This document shows, in pieces, positions 1 to 8,224 of a DNA stretch of 28,235 bases. The DNA is from a virus. Taxonomy: Duplodnaviria > Caudoviricetes. The position numbers and the translations under genes were made by a program. Position 1 is the first letter of the stretch; the number at the start of each line of letters is the position of its first letter. The notes under the pieces were generated by a model. That model had not been told where the DNA came from and did not search any database. It saw only the letters and a program-made list of their open reading frames with translations. The stretch is from positions 1-28,235 of IMG/VR virus record IMGVR_UViG_3300044971_001687; one strand, written 5' to 3'.

Positions 1-67
1 CAATCTCAACTTAGACCGCTTCCAGACCCTCCCGCCCCTCTGAACCCCCTGATTTTCGCCCCCAGAC

Positions 68-387
68 CGTTTTCTGATTTTGTGAGCTGGCCAAAACTTT
101 TCACGATTTCGAAAATCCCGCCGAACGTTTTGGATTTGGTTTGCTAATCCGGCTTCGCCGTGGGGAGCTGGCCTTGCCAGCCGCTATCGCGGCGTTGTGT
201 GCGCTGCGCGCGATGCCTGGGCCTACCGGTGCGGCGCTCCTCTCGCTCCTGGGCGTTGCTCCCCTCGCTCCCGTCGCTGCGTTGCGGTTTTCCGTCTGGA
301 ATCGTTTTCCGGTTTTGTGGGTTTCTGAAAACTTTTCACGATTTCCAAAATCCCGTTGAGCATTTCGGTTTTGGAAAGCTAATCCGG
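68..387. repeat. Imperfect ~85-bp direct repeat, copies 68-152 and 303-387
   Basis: AAAACTTTTCACGATTTC[G/C]AAAATCCCG at 93-120 and 328-355 (27/28 identical); GCTAATCCGG at 143-152 and 378-387; CGTTTTC at 68 and 303; all share a 235-bp offset. Confidence 0.85.
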
Positions 388-403
388 TGTTTCGGTTTTG
401 CGT

Positions 404-438
404 GAAACACCCCGAACCCGCCACTCGGCGGGACGGGG
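404..438 (-). terminator. Possible intrinsic terminator closing the minus-strand operon
   Basis: CCCGCC-ACTC-GGCGGG stem (417-432) extended by CCCCG/CGGGG; only a weak U-tract (TGTTTC) on the minus strand. Confidence 0.35.
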
Positions 439-541
439 CTTCTGGCGTGCTGTTTCGTTCTTGTTCTCGTTTCACCCGCTCTGAACGTGATTCAGGTTTA
501 GTTCATTGCTGTACAAGCAGCACGCCGGAAGATTGCTACCT

Positions 542-802
542 TTACCGCACGATGGCGTTCTCTGGCAACAGAGTTCTCCTGAGCCTGCTGATGGCGCTGC
601 TGATGGCAGCGGCCTGCGCCGCTGGGCTCCCTGCTTTTCTTGCCTGTAGCAGTCTGATGAGTGCGTCGACTTGGGCGACGCCTGCACTCAGCGAATGTTC
701 TGCGTGCGCTGGCGCTGGCGCTGGCGTCCTGCGGTTGTTTGACTGCTGTATTACCCACTCGTCCTCAAACGCACCCAACAGAGTAAACTCGGTGTTCATC
801 AT
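542..802 (-). CDS. Hypothetical protein, 86 aa
   Basis: ATGA start/stop overlap with the mom-like gene; helical-looking C-terminal half; no recognisable motif; 5' end lies in a repeat copy. Confidence 0.45.
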   Translation of the reverse strand: MMNTEFTLLGAFEDEWVIQQSNNRRTPAPAPAHAEHSLSAGVAQVDALIRLLQARKAGSPAAQAAAISSAISRLRRTLLPENAIVR

Positions 803-1558
803 TCCAAGAAGAAAGCCGTTTGAAGCTCAATAGCAGCGTCGGCGTTGTACCTGCGACTCTCGCCTTTTGGGTATGGCTCTACCGTGTACCTCAAAGCTGC
901 CAGCATTGCAGCGCGTTGCTTTCTGCTTCCACAGGCGTAGACGTATCGGTGTTTGCGTGGGCGATCCTCTAAGTAGAAGTCATCTCCGTATTTTTCGCGC
1001 ATCCATTCGGCGCGGTTAGCTTGTCCACGGCTTTCATCTGCCACGGTTGCACCGTGAAGGTGTTCCTTGCCCTTGATTTTCCAGTCAGTGCGCTTCGCGC
1101 TCAGACCGGTGTAAATGAAGTTTGTGGCTTGGTAGATGTACCCTACATGGCCTTGCGCAGTGTCCGCGTAGCTCACCACCAGCGAAGGCTTCGGGAGCAT
1201 ACGCAGTGACTGACCGACGAGCCGGCTTGCCATGTTCTTTTCGCTCACGCAGCACAAGCGGTTGAGTTCAAGCACATGATTTGCCCATTCCTTGCCAGCG
1301 ATTCCATCTCGCAGCGTTGAGCTCGCTGGCGTGCCATATGTCACTACGCCGACAAGTTCAGTCCTGTTGTATGCACCGAAGGCGAATGAGATTGGACACA
1401 TACGCCGTGCGTAATGCCGTTGCAGAAGCCATGGCTTTGCTTCCTTGGCTGGAATCTGCGCAACTCTCAATGCGCTTTGCTGATTGTCCATGGGTGTGTT
1501 TTCTCCTGTATAACATCCGACGTCCTCAAGCCTCCCAACAGAGTAAAACACCGGTGTT
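746..1558. repeat. Degenerate ~50-bp direct repeats (746-796 and 1506-1558) flanking the mom-like gene
   Basis: Shared blocks CTGTAT[T/A]AC, CGTCCTCAA, CCCAACAGAGTAAA (774-787 and 1534-1547, exact) and CGGTGTT. Confidence 0.85.
799..1491 (-). CDS. mom: Mom-family adenine modification enzyme (GNAT-like fold), 230 aa
   Basis: Motifs HY, LVGVVTYG.P, LELNRL, VVSYAD..QGH.GYIYQATNF.YTG, KHRYVY, PYPK; start moved to MDNQQ, which follows an AGGAG RBS. Confidence 0.85.
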   Translation of the reverse strand: MDNQQSALRVAQIPAKEAKPWLLQRHYARRMCPISFAFGAYNRTELVGVVTYGTPASSTLRDGIAGKEWANHVLELNRLCCVSEKNMASRLVGQSLRMLPKPSLVVSYADTAQGHVGYIYQATNFIYTGLSAKRTDWKIKGKEHLHGATVADESRGQANRAEWMREKYGDDFYLEDRPRKHRYVYACGSRKQRAAMLAALRYTVEPYPKGESRRYNADAAIELQTAFFLE

Positions 1559-1592
1559 GCCGGTGTTTCTTGGTGCTGTTTTGGGGACGCGC

Positions 1593-1964
1593 TCACAACC
1601 CGAACTCCTCGGCCATGGTCACGCGCACCACAATCGGCACGCTCGCCTGCATATACCGGTCTGCGTCCAACAACACCCCCTTGTCCCCGCCCCTCCAATC
1701 CAAGTCCGCCATAACCCGCACCATAAGACGCTCACGCAAATCGCTCACCACCTCGCTGCCCTGCACAACCAAATCCTCCGCCTCCCGCAACTTCCCCCGA
1801 AGCTCCTCAGTGAGCCCACGCTCCAAGTTGAGGCGCTTCTCCATCTTCTCCAGCGCACGCATCAGATTCCTGATGATGTCCTCTGGCTCCATCACCGGTA
1901 GCCCCGTATCGTGGATACCGGCGATGTAGTCGTTCTGTTCGTTGTCGTTATTTGGTGTGACCAT
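1593..1964 (-). CDS. Hypothetical coiled-coil protein, 123 aa
   Basis: Start MVTPNN after an A/C-rich leader; heptad-like E/K/R/L stretch. Confidence 0.7.
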   Translation of the reverse strand: MVTPNNDNEQNDYIAGIHDTGLPVMEPEDIIRNLMRALEKMEKRLNLERGLTEELRGKLREAEDLVVQGSEVVSDLRERLMVRVMADLDWRGGDKGVLLDADRYMQASVPIVVRVTMAEEFGL

Positions 1965-2391
1965 GGCTTGTTGTTGGTTTGGTTTTGGTTGGTTTGGTTG
2001 CTGCTGAAAACTTCTTCCCGACTTTGCGGCACTCCGCCCCGCAGAAGCGGTGACCGTTGTTGATCTTTCGGAACACCGTGCCGCAGTTATCACACGCATA
2101 ATCCGCCAGCGGTTTGCCCCGCAGACCACGCGAAACAAACCACACCCGCACGCTTTCGATGTTGGCCTTGCGCGAACACTCTTTGCTGCACCGCAAGTGC
2201 ACCGAGCAGTTCTTCATGAATCTCTTGCCGCACTGGTCACACGCGATGACGCGAAGCTTGTTCTGCTCACGGGTGCGTCCGCTGTACTTGCCGCGCTTGG
2301 GCTTCTCAGGCGGTACAACCGCTCTGCCCTGCGCCACCAACTTGCCCACAATGGAGCGTATCTCGTCTGGGTTGATTCTCATCAAGTTCAT
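1948..2391 (-). CDS. Protein with two Cys4 zinc-binding repeats
   Basis: CDQC...CSKEC and CDNC...CGAEC; start uncertain (2391 or 2382). Confidence 0.7.
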   Translation of the reverse strand: MNLMRINPDEIRSIVGKLVAQGRAVVPPEKPKRGKYSGRTREQNKLRVIACDQCGKRFMKNCSVHLRCSKECSRKANIESVRVWFVSRGLRGKPLADYACDNCGTVFRKINNGHRFCGAECRKVGKKFSAATKPTKTKPTTSHGHTK

Positions 2392-2445
2392 AAGCTCTCT
2401 TTCGGCCAGTTCCCCACCGGCCTTTAACAAAATCTTCCAACAATC

Positions 2446-2895
2446 TCACACCAGCCACTCCGGTGCCTTCTCCTCTGCCGGCGCATCCACAAAGATGCTC
2501 ACCGCCACTCCCTCCTCCCCAGCCTTGCACCAACGCTTGCGCACGGTCAAATCCGCCACCCTGCTGTCATCGCCCACCCACATACCGCCATCAACCAGCG
2601 CGTCCATCACCAGCTTCGCCAGATTGTCCGCATCCGGTTTGTGCGTGTGTGGATGACCGTGACGCGCCTCCTCCTTGGTCGCGAAGTGGAAGGTCAGCTC
2701 CATCGAAATCGCCTCACCGAGCCCCAGCGACTCAGCCGTCTTGCCGGCCTTGCGTAAAACAACCCCCGCAGACGAGCGCAACAGCCCCTTCCACGCACTG
2801 GAGCCAGCATCCAAGGTGGACACCGCTCTCCCACGCACAAAGCGCGGTCTTGGCTGCGGACGAGGCGTACCGGAAACGAAGAAAGTGAAGGTCAT
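2446..2895 (-). CDS. rusA: RusA-family Holliday junction resolvase
   Basis: G.P.PQPRPR N-terminus; KPDADNLAKLVMDAL and DDSRV catalytic motifs. Confidence 0.92.
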   Translation of the reverse strand: MTFTFFVSGTPRPQPRPRFVRGRAVSTLDAGSSAWKGLLRSSAGVVLRKAGKTAESLGLGEAISMELTFHFATKEEARHGHPHTHKPDADNLAKLVMDALVDGGMWVGDDSRVADLTVRKRWCKAGEEGVAVSIFVDAPAEEKAPEWLV

Positions 2896-3541
2896 AAAAG
2901 TCTATAGGGATTGTATACAATGAAATCGGCGCGGGGGGATAAAACGGTCAGCAAACACAACAGCCAAAAAAAACAAGGCAACAACGGTCGATATAGAGGA
3001 AGTATCCTGCGAAGCAGTGTCCCCTCTCCTCTCAGGCAGCAAAGCGGTAGACTGAGAGAAGAGAGAGGGGGCAGTAGGAAGAGCGTAAGCGATGAGTACG
3101 CTACTCTCTATATAAGGGCTCATGTCCTCAAACATCGGTTTTCTTTCGCAAATCATACGGTTTTCAGGCACTTACGTAGCGTCCTTTTTTGCTGTTTTTT
3201 TCAACGCGAAAAAAAATCTGTTGCGCAATTGCGCAAAGTGTCGTGCGAAAGTGGTGCAAAATCTCTGTAGAACGGCATGGTGCAATGCTTGTGAACTTTG
3301 CGAACTTTCTTGCACGATTGTTGTGCGAGCCATGCATCGTTGAACATGAACAACTTACAAAGGTCGTTTTTGGGCTGTTTTTTGGGATGTTTTTTGAGCT
3401 TTTGATTTTCTCGCGCAACAGTGCGCACGTCTCGCGCAAAATACTCTGTAGAAAACGCTTCACAAACTTGGCGAACTTTGCAAACATGAATCTGCGCGTT
3501 TTGCGCAACAGTAACAACCAACTAAAAAACAGCAACTTACA
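2896..3541. promoter_or_regulatory. Non-coding repeat/palindrome-rich region, candidate replication origin and divergent promoter region
   Basis: 9-bp tandem GCGAACTTT-like units, palindromes at 2910-2921 and 3221-3236, phased T-tracts, long imperfect hairpin 3005-3079; lies downstream of the primase-helicase. Confidence 0.55.
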
Positions 3542-3862
3542 ATGAGAGCAGAATACTACCGTGAATGGCGTGCAAAAAAGCGTGCGAAGGCCGCTGAAAC
3601 CACTACTGAGGCTGACCACATGAAAGCGGATTTGAAGGCTGCGCTCGAAGCGAACACAGCCATTCAAAAGACGCTTGCGAGTCGGGATGAGACTATTCGT
3701 CATCTGGAGAAGATGGTCGAGCGGCTCTCGGCAGACCAATCCGCTCGGCTTGAGCGAATCGAGACCGCATTGCAGGCAATGCTGGCGGTTCCTCTGGCTC
3801 ATCCAACTCCTCATCCAGCTCCTCAGCCATCCCAGCCTGCGCCCCCTTGGATGAAAAGGTAG
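3542..3862 (+). CDS. Hypothetical protein, 106 aa: basic N-terminus, coiled coil, Pro-rich tail
   Basis: A/C-rich leader before ATG; EYYREWRAKKRAK, clear heptads, ends PAPPWMKR; antisense overlap with the primase-helicase 3' end. Confidence 0.7.
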   Translation: MRAEYYREWRAKKRAKAAETTTEADHMKADLKAALEANTAIQKTLASRDETIRHLEKMVERLSADQSARLERIETALQAMLAVPLAHPTPHPAPQPSQPAPPWMKR

Positions 3863-6200
3863 CCCATGCCGCTTGACCGGCCTTGCCGACGCAGGTGCCG
3901 GTCTCTGGATCGAAGGCGTACTCGTTCCAATCGGGAACAGACGCATACGCACCTGCTTGGATAGCCGCACCGGTCTCATCCGAAGCCAATAGCCCCCCAG
4001 GCACATCGAGGTAGCTCTTCGCCTTGCTGCCCTTGACCGCACAGGAGACGATGAGCTCCTTCTGTAAGCCCTCCTCGATGAGGTGCCCGAACTCGCTCGC
4101 GCCAACTGCACGCAGCACCGGTGGGAGTTCTGAGCGGCGCTTGTAGAGTCCGTTGGCTGCGTTCTTGTTCCCCAGCGTGTACGGGTGCAGATTGCCAGCA
4201 GCTTCCCTGACGGCCAGAACCAGCCATGCAAGGCGCTCGGTCACGTTGATGGCGCTGTACACATCCACCTTGGTGACGTCCTGAAGAAGGCCGTTGCCAT
4301 CCCGTAGCAGCGTGCGCTCGCCGCGCATGAGGCCCGAGATGTTCGCCTTCAGCACACCGAACCGGTAGCAAGAGTCCACCCGTGGGGCGAGGCCCATTCC
4401 CTTCATGCGGCGCTCGTAATCGGTCGCGTGCCAGAACCCCAGATTGATTCGGAAGTACGACGGTATGGCGCTGCTCCCACGGATCGAGTTCTTCATGTCC
4501 TTGAGCGTGCGGATGGGCTCGGCCCCAGGCTTTCGGATGTGGTGCGTTATCATAAGCGCCGCCCGAAGTTCCCCGCACACGCGCCCTGCCTCGCGCATCA
4601 TTTCCGCAACAGCCAGCGCGTTGTTCTCATCCCCGTGGGAGACCGCGTTGAAGGTATCCACGCATACCAAGCACAGGTCTGGCACTCGCTTGAGCTCGGT
4701 TATGACCGCCTCCCACTTTGAGGAGGCTACCGGTGCTCCGCTCCTCGGATCGCGCTCAACGAGCGGGAACGCCCCGCCAACCGCCGATAGCGGTATGACG
4801 ACAAGCCGACGACCTGCCTTCGCGATGAGCCCACCTTGATCAATCTCCAAGATGCGCCGGTGCATCTCGGTCTGACTGTCCTCGCACAAGAGCAGAACAG
4901 CGGTGCCGCCGTTGGTGATTCGCTGCCCACACCAGTCCAAATCCCCGCCAAACTCGGGGTAAGCGGCCACTTTCAACGCTAAGTCAGCGATAAGACCGGT
5001 CTTCCCCGCCCCGCCCTCGGCGATAAACAGGTGCGGCTCGCCTTTCACAACGAGCGATTCAACGAGGTAGGTGTGCTCGGGCTTGGGCCATTTTATCCAC
5101 CGGTGCGCTTCCCATGCTGAGAACCATGACTCCGCCGGTGTGCTCTGCGGGAGCTGACGCACGGGAGCTGGGGCCGGTGCCTGTGCCGGTGCCTCTGGCT
5201 TGCCGTTGCGCCGAATGTCCGCATTGACGAGACCCTGCCACTCCGAAGCAAATCGTGCATCTGTCCACGCGGGGTGCATCCGTTGCAGCATCCAGCCCCG
5301 TGTTTGCTCGCGTGCCTCGTCCATCGTGATGACGCCGCGCCGAACCATCCCTAGATTCGCGCCGGCAACCGAGTTGAACGCATCCCACCGCGTCTCGCCT
5401 CCTGCGCCCCCCTCGAACACATCACGCTGGTACGCGGGCTCCTTGGGCAACACGTTCCCGCTGCTCGCCCCGAACAGCCCGGGCTCTGGTGCTACTGCGC
5501 CTGCCGGCAGCAGCGTGCGCAGACGCTCGCCGAGTGCCCCTGCGTTGTACACGGCCTCGGACTGCCACTCGATTGTGGCCTGCACCGGTTTGCCTTGTTT
5601 CGCGTGGACACTGCCTGCGAGTCGGATTGGCTGGTGAGCGCGTCCGTACGGGTTTGATTCAACACCGAGTCCCATGGCGGAGTCGCCGCCTGAAACCTTG
5701 GCCAGAGCGTCTCGCATACGGATGGCCTGCTCAACCGGTACTTCCTCATCCAGACTGTACCAGACGTGCCGCTTCGGCGTGCCCTCGTCGGTCGTCCCGC
5801 CTGAACACACCACAAGCGAGGGCTCACCCAACTGCTCGGTGAGCTCGCGCATCTTGGCGTCGGTGTCCCCCGCATCGAGGTCTGCGACGAGCGAGCGCAT
5901 CCGCGCTACGTTGGCGCTTGTGGCGCGACGGTCGCTCAAGATGCCTGGGACAACGAATGTCGCCACATTGTACTGCGCCCACCGCTCGGTGGCCGACAAC
6001 ACAGGCGTGAAGCCTTCCGTGGCGGGTTCCACGAAGATATCCTCGCGGAAGACTCCCTCTTGGTCAGTTCCCTTTTCTCCGATACCGCGAACGCAGATGA
6101 ACTCGTTCTCTTTCCAATCTCTCTCGCCGAAAATGAGGCGAAGGTGCTCTTGGGCTTGGCGTAGGTCGACCAAGCCGCGACGATCTGTCAGTGGCTGCAT
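3693..6200 (-). CDS. Primase-helicase: N-terminal RepB-like AEP primase, C-terminal RecA-fold (AAA_25/RepA-like) helicase
   Basis: LVADLD, PSLVVCSGG, HVWY, IRLAGS primase motifs; Walker A AEGGAGKT, Walker B LVCVDT, ITHHIRK, RGSSAI. Confidence 0.9.
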   Translation of the reverse strand: MQPLTDRRGLVDLRQAQEHLRLIFGERDWKENEFICVRGIGEKGTDQEGVFREDIFVEPATEGFTPVLSATERWAQYNVATFVVPGILSDRRATSANVARMRSLVADLDAGDTDAKMRELTEQLGEPSLVVCSGGTTDEGTPKRHVWYSLDEEVPVEQAIRMRDALAKVSGGDSAMGLGVESNPYGRAHQPIRLAGSVHAKQGKPVQATIEWQSEAVYNAGALGERLRTLLPAGAVAPEPGLFGASSGNVLPKEPAYQRDVFEGGAGGETRWDAFNSVAGANLGMVRRGVITMDEAREQTRGWMLQRMHPAWTDARFASEWQGLVNADIRRNGKPEAPAQAPAPAPVRQLPQSTPAESWFSAWEAHRWIKWPKPEHTYLVESLVVKGEPHLFIAEGGAGKTGLIADLALKVAAYPEFGGDLDWCGQRITNGGTAVLLLCEDSQTEMHRRILEIDQGGLIAKAGRRLVVIPLSAVGGAFPLVERDPRSGAPVASSKWEAVITELKRVPDLCLVCVDTFNAVSHGDENNALAVAEMMREAGRVCGELRAALMITHHIRKPGAEPIRTLKDMKNSIRGSSAIPSYFRINLGFWHATDYERRMKGMGLAPRVDSCYRFGVLKANISGLMRGERTLLRDGNGLLQDVTKVDVYSAINVTERLAWLVLAVREAAGNLHPYTLGNKNAANGLYKRRSELPPVLRAVGASEFGHLIEEGLQKELIVSCAVKGSKAKSYLDVPGGLLASDETGAAIQAGAYASVPDWNEYAFDPETGTCVGKAGQAAWATFSSKGAQAGMAEELDEELDEPEEPPALPAMRSRFAQAERIGLPRAARPSSPDDE

Positions 6201-6218
6201 TTTGTTTGGGGTAGTAAC

Positions 6219-7019
6219 TTACTTAAGCCAGAACGGCTTGGTTGCTTTGGGAGTTACCTGCACGGGAACATCCTCCCAGCAAGTGGACTTGAACGAGCAG
6301 AACTTGCACCGAAAGTCGGTGCGGTCGTTCCCAAGGCGCGGGAGTTCCTTTGGCGACTGAGCGTCTATGACGCGCACTGCGCGGTCTGACGCCTCTTGAG
6401 CGGCCAAGGCATCGTATGGGACAAGCTCAACGAGCACCTCACCGGTATCACGGTTCAGCGCCGTGAACATCCCGCCCGAGGGTATGTCGAGGTACGCGCA
6501 GTAGATTTGCATCTGGGCGTAGTACACCGGCTTAGACGCTCTAACCCCCTTGTTCTTGGTGTCGTTCCAGCTTTTGTCGTTGAGCGCCTTGTTCTCCCAC
6601 AGAAGCGGGTACTCAACACCGGTGATGATGGGCCCACCAGCGACAATCCCATCGATGTGTCCACCGAGGCGACCGTCCGCAGCGCGGAAGCCGAACTGCT
6701 TTCCGTCGCTCTTCTCGGTGAGTAGGTCAAACCCCGCTGCACGAATGTACTTCGCCATGCGGTCTTCGCCGTCATGCCCCATATCAAAGATGCGCAGCAC
6801 CTCCGGTGAGAAGCCCGAGCCTTCGTCCTCTGGCGTGTGCTCGTACTCATACCGGAGGCGTCTCTCGCACGCCTCGCCCCACCTAGACGCCCCGAGGTAG
6901 TCCCGCTTCTCTTGGTTCGCCTGCCGCTTCAGAATGGCCTCATCCAGCACCGCTGCGATAGCAGCCTGTGCCGGCTCGTTCCCGATTACCTTCTTTGTCT
7001 CTGGCTTAAAGATGCTCAT
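6219..7019 (-). CDS. Cas4-like PD-(D/E)XK exonuclease with probable Fe-S cluster
   Basis: YLGAS..G..C.R, GHIDG, WENK, QMQIY, C-terminal CKFC.....C (1+3 Cys arrangement). Confidence 0.88.
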   Translation of the reverse strand: MSIFKPETKKVIGNEPAQAAIAAVLDEAILKRQANQEKRDYLGASRWGEACERRLRYEYEHTPEDEGSGFSPEVLRIFDMGHDGEDRMAKYIRAAGFDLLTEKSDGKQFGFRAADGRLGGHIDGIVAGGPIITGVEYPLLWENKALNDKSWNDTKNKGVRASKPVYYAQMQIYCAYLDIPSGGMFTALNRDTGEVLVELVPYDALAAQEASDRAVRVIDAQSPKELPRLGNDRTDFRCKFCSFKSTCWEDVPVQVTPKATKPFWLK

Positions 7020-7167
7020 CGTCGTTCTTAAGTGAGTAAAAGATTCCGAACATGGCTAGAAGCAACACGGCCACATACGCGGTGACGGAGGCTTTGTCCT
7101 CTTGTTGGTAGAGTTTCACGGTGTCAGCGATCGCGATTGCCGCAAAAATGGTTGCCAGCAGTTTCAT
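7006..7167 (-). CDS. Small membrane protein, 53 aa (not in ORF track)
   Basis: Hand translation MKLLATIFAAIAIADTVKLYQQEDKASVTAYVAVLLLAMFGIFYSLKNDDEHL; two hydrophobic segments; fills the gap between neighbours. Confidence 0.65.
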   Translation of the reverse strand: MKLLATIFAAIAIADTVKLYQQEDKASVTAYVAVLLLAMFGIFYSLKNDDEHL

Positions 7168-7375
7168 GTTTCAAGAATAGTGGCCCCTCAACACCGCTGG
7201 CTAGTCGCCATTCGGCGAGCTCGCCTTCAAGGCGTTTGATGGTCTCAGATGCGGTTTCAAGACGAGCCTTGTACTCGTCTCGCTCTTCAGCGGCCTCGCT
7301 CAAAGACCGGCAGGTGAACGCAACGCTTGGGTGCTCGCGCCACAAGACGCCGCACGATGTGCATGATTCGCTCAC
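7124..7375 (-). CDS. Hypothetical protein with CxxC/H/C motif and coiled coil
   Basis: GTG start coupled (GTGA) to upstream stop with GGAGG RBS; CTSC...H......C then heptads. Confidence 0.7.
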   Translation of the reverse strand: MSESCTSCGVLWREHPSVAFTCRSLSEAAEERDEYKARLETASETIKRLEGELAEWRLASGVEGPLFLKHETAGNHFCGNRDR

Positions 7376-7677
7376 GGCTGCACCTCCTCCCACTTGCCCA
7401 TTGCCCTCAAGAACGCCTCTGCCCGTTGCCGTGCGGTGGCGCGGATAGGCCATAAAGTGGAATGTGTTACATCGTACAGCTTGAGGTAGTAGGCTTCAAA
7501 CAACGCTTCAGACCCAAGCACCTCCTCCACTTCGTGCATGGCGTTGAGGTCAGTGCAGTAGTCTGGGATGGCCTGAGTGCCGACTCGTAATCCATTGTCT
7601 GGATACCAACCCCCGTCTGGGTTCCTCTCTCTGCCACACGCTTCAGCGATGGCTTCGTTGATTTCCTGCTCGCTCAT
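7372..7677 (-). CDS. Phage protein resembling ABA-sandwich domain family
   Basis: EINEAIAEACG, PDYCTDLNAMHE and ATARQRAEAFL motifs; ATGA-coupled start. Confidence 0.7.
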   Translation of the reverse strand: MSEQEINEAIAEACGRERNPDGGWYPDNGLRVGTQAIPDYCTDLNAMHEVEEVLGSEALFEAYYLKLYDVTHSTLWPIRATARQRAEAFLRAMGKWEEVQP

Positions 7678-8006
7678 CCCTGCACCTCCTTCGGCAGCTC
7701 CGGCAGCGGCATCCAGTGGGTTGGCAGGTAGCCTCTCCACACCCCAAACTGGTCGATGCAAGAAACACTCAGATCCATCCACTCGCAGATATGCACTAGC
7801 ACCATCTTGTTCGCTGGAGGATGAGCTTCGCTGACCGGAATCCAGCGTTGTTGCTGTGCGATCCTGTTCAGTTCATGGCGTACAGCCAGCCTTCTGCGAG
7901 CCTCATCTATCAGAGCGCGATGGTTGTGATGCATCTCCAATGAAATGTGCATCAACATTCCTGCAATCATGCTGTCTGGCATGAACATTAAATCATTTTC
8001 GCTCAT
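7674..8006 (-). CDS. DUF551-like protein
   Basis: WIPVSE..P....VLV and THWMPLPE.P motifs. Confidence 0.85.
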   Translation of the reverse strand: MSENDLMFMPDSMIAGMLMHISLEMHHNHRALIDEARRRLAVRHELNRIAQQQRWIPVSEAHPPANKMVLVHICEWMDLSVSCIDQFGVWRGYLPTHWMPLPELPKEVQG

Positions 8007-8224
8007 CCCTGCACCTCCTTCTCAATGCTCTTGTAATGGTACATATTCAGTATCCGCATTAGGTCATCTGCGTTTATAATTTTTCTCTCAAATAGAACCT
8101 CAAGCAGTTCGGCTATTATGGTGTGCGTATCCTCATGCCAATCGCCATACGCAAGCGCAAGTCTAGCAATGGACGCATACTTGAAGCGTTCCCCATAGTT
8201 GCTGGTTACTACAACCGCGCTCAT
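8003..8224 (-). CDS. Hypothetical protein, 73 aa
   Basis: Start MSAVVV with GGAGG RBS and ATGA coupling; AT-richer than flanks. Confidence 0.7.
   Translation of the reverse strand: MSAVVVTSNYGERFKYASIARLALAYGDWHEDTHTIIAELLEVLFERKIINADDLMRILNMYHYKSIEKEVQG

Noticed and set aside
101-475. ORFs 101-475 (-), 141-359 (+) and 160-405 (+)
   Set aside because: Weak starts, low complexity and spanning non-coding-type repeats; no support as genes
585-726. Short tandem repeats (CTGCTGATGGC x2, GCTGGC x3) and hairpins as an ncRNA
   Set aside because: Explained equally well by PAPAPA and AISSAIS coding in a GC-rich ORF; no independent support
1492-1698. N-terminal extension of the mom ORF in the ORF track
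   Set aside because: Overlaps the upstream gene and the repeat/hairpin; a good AGGAG RBS precedes the ATG at 1491
3164-4231. 355-aa minus-strand ORF and other ORFs across 2902-3545
   Set aside because: Overlaps the primase-helicase and the 106-aa gene, translates the DNA repeats (FAKFAKF) and has no protein-like motifs
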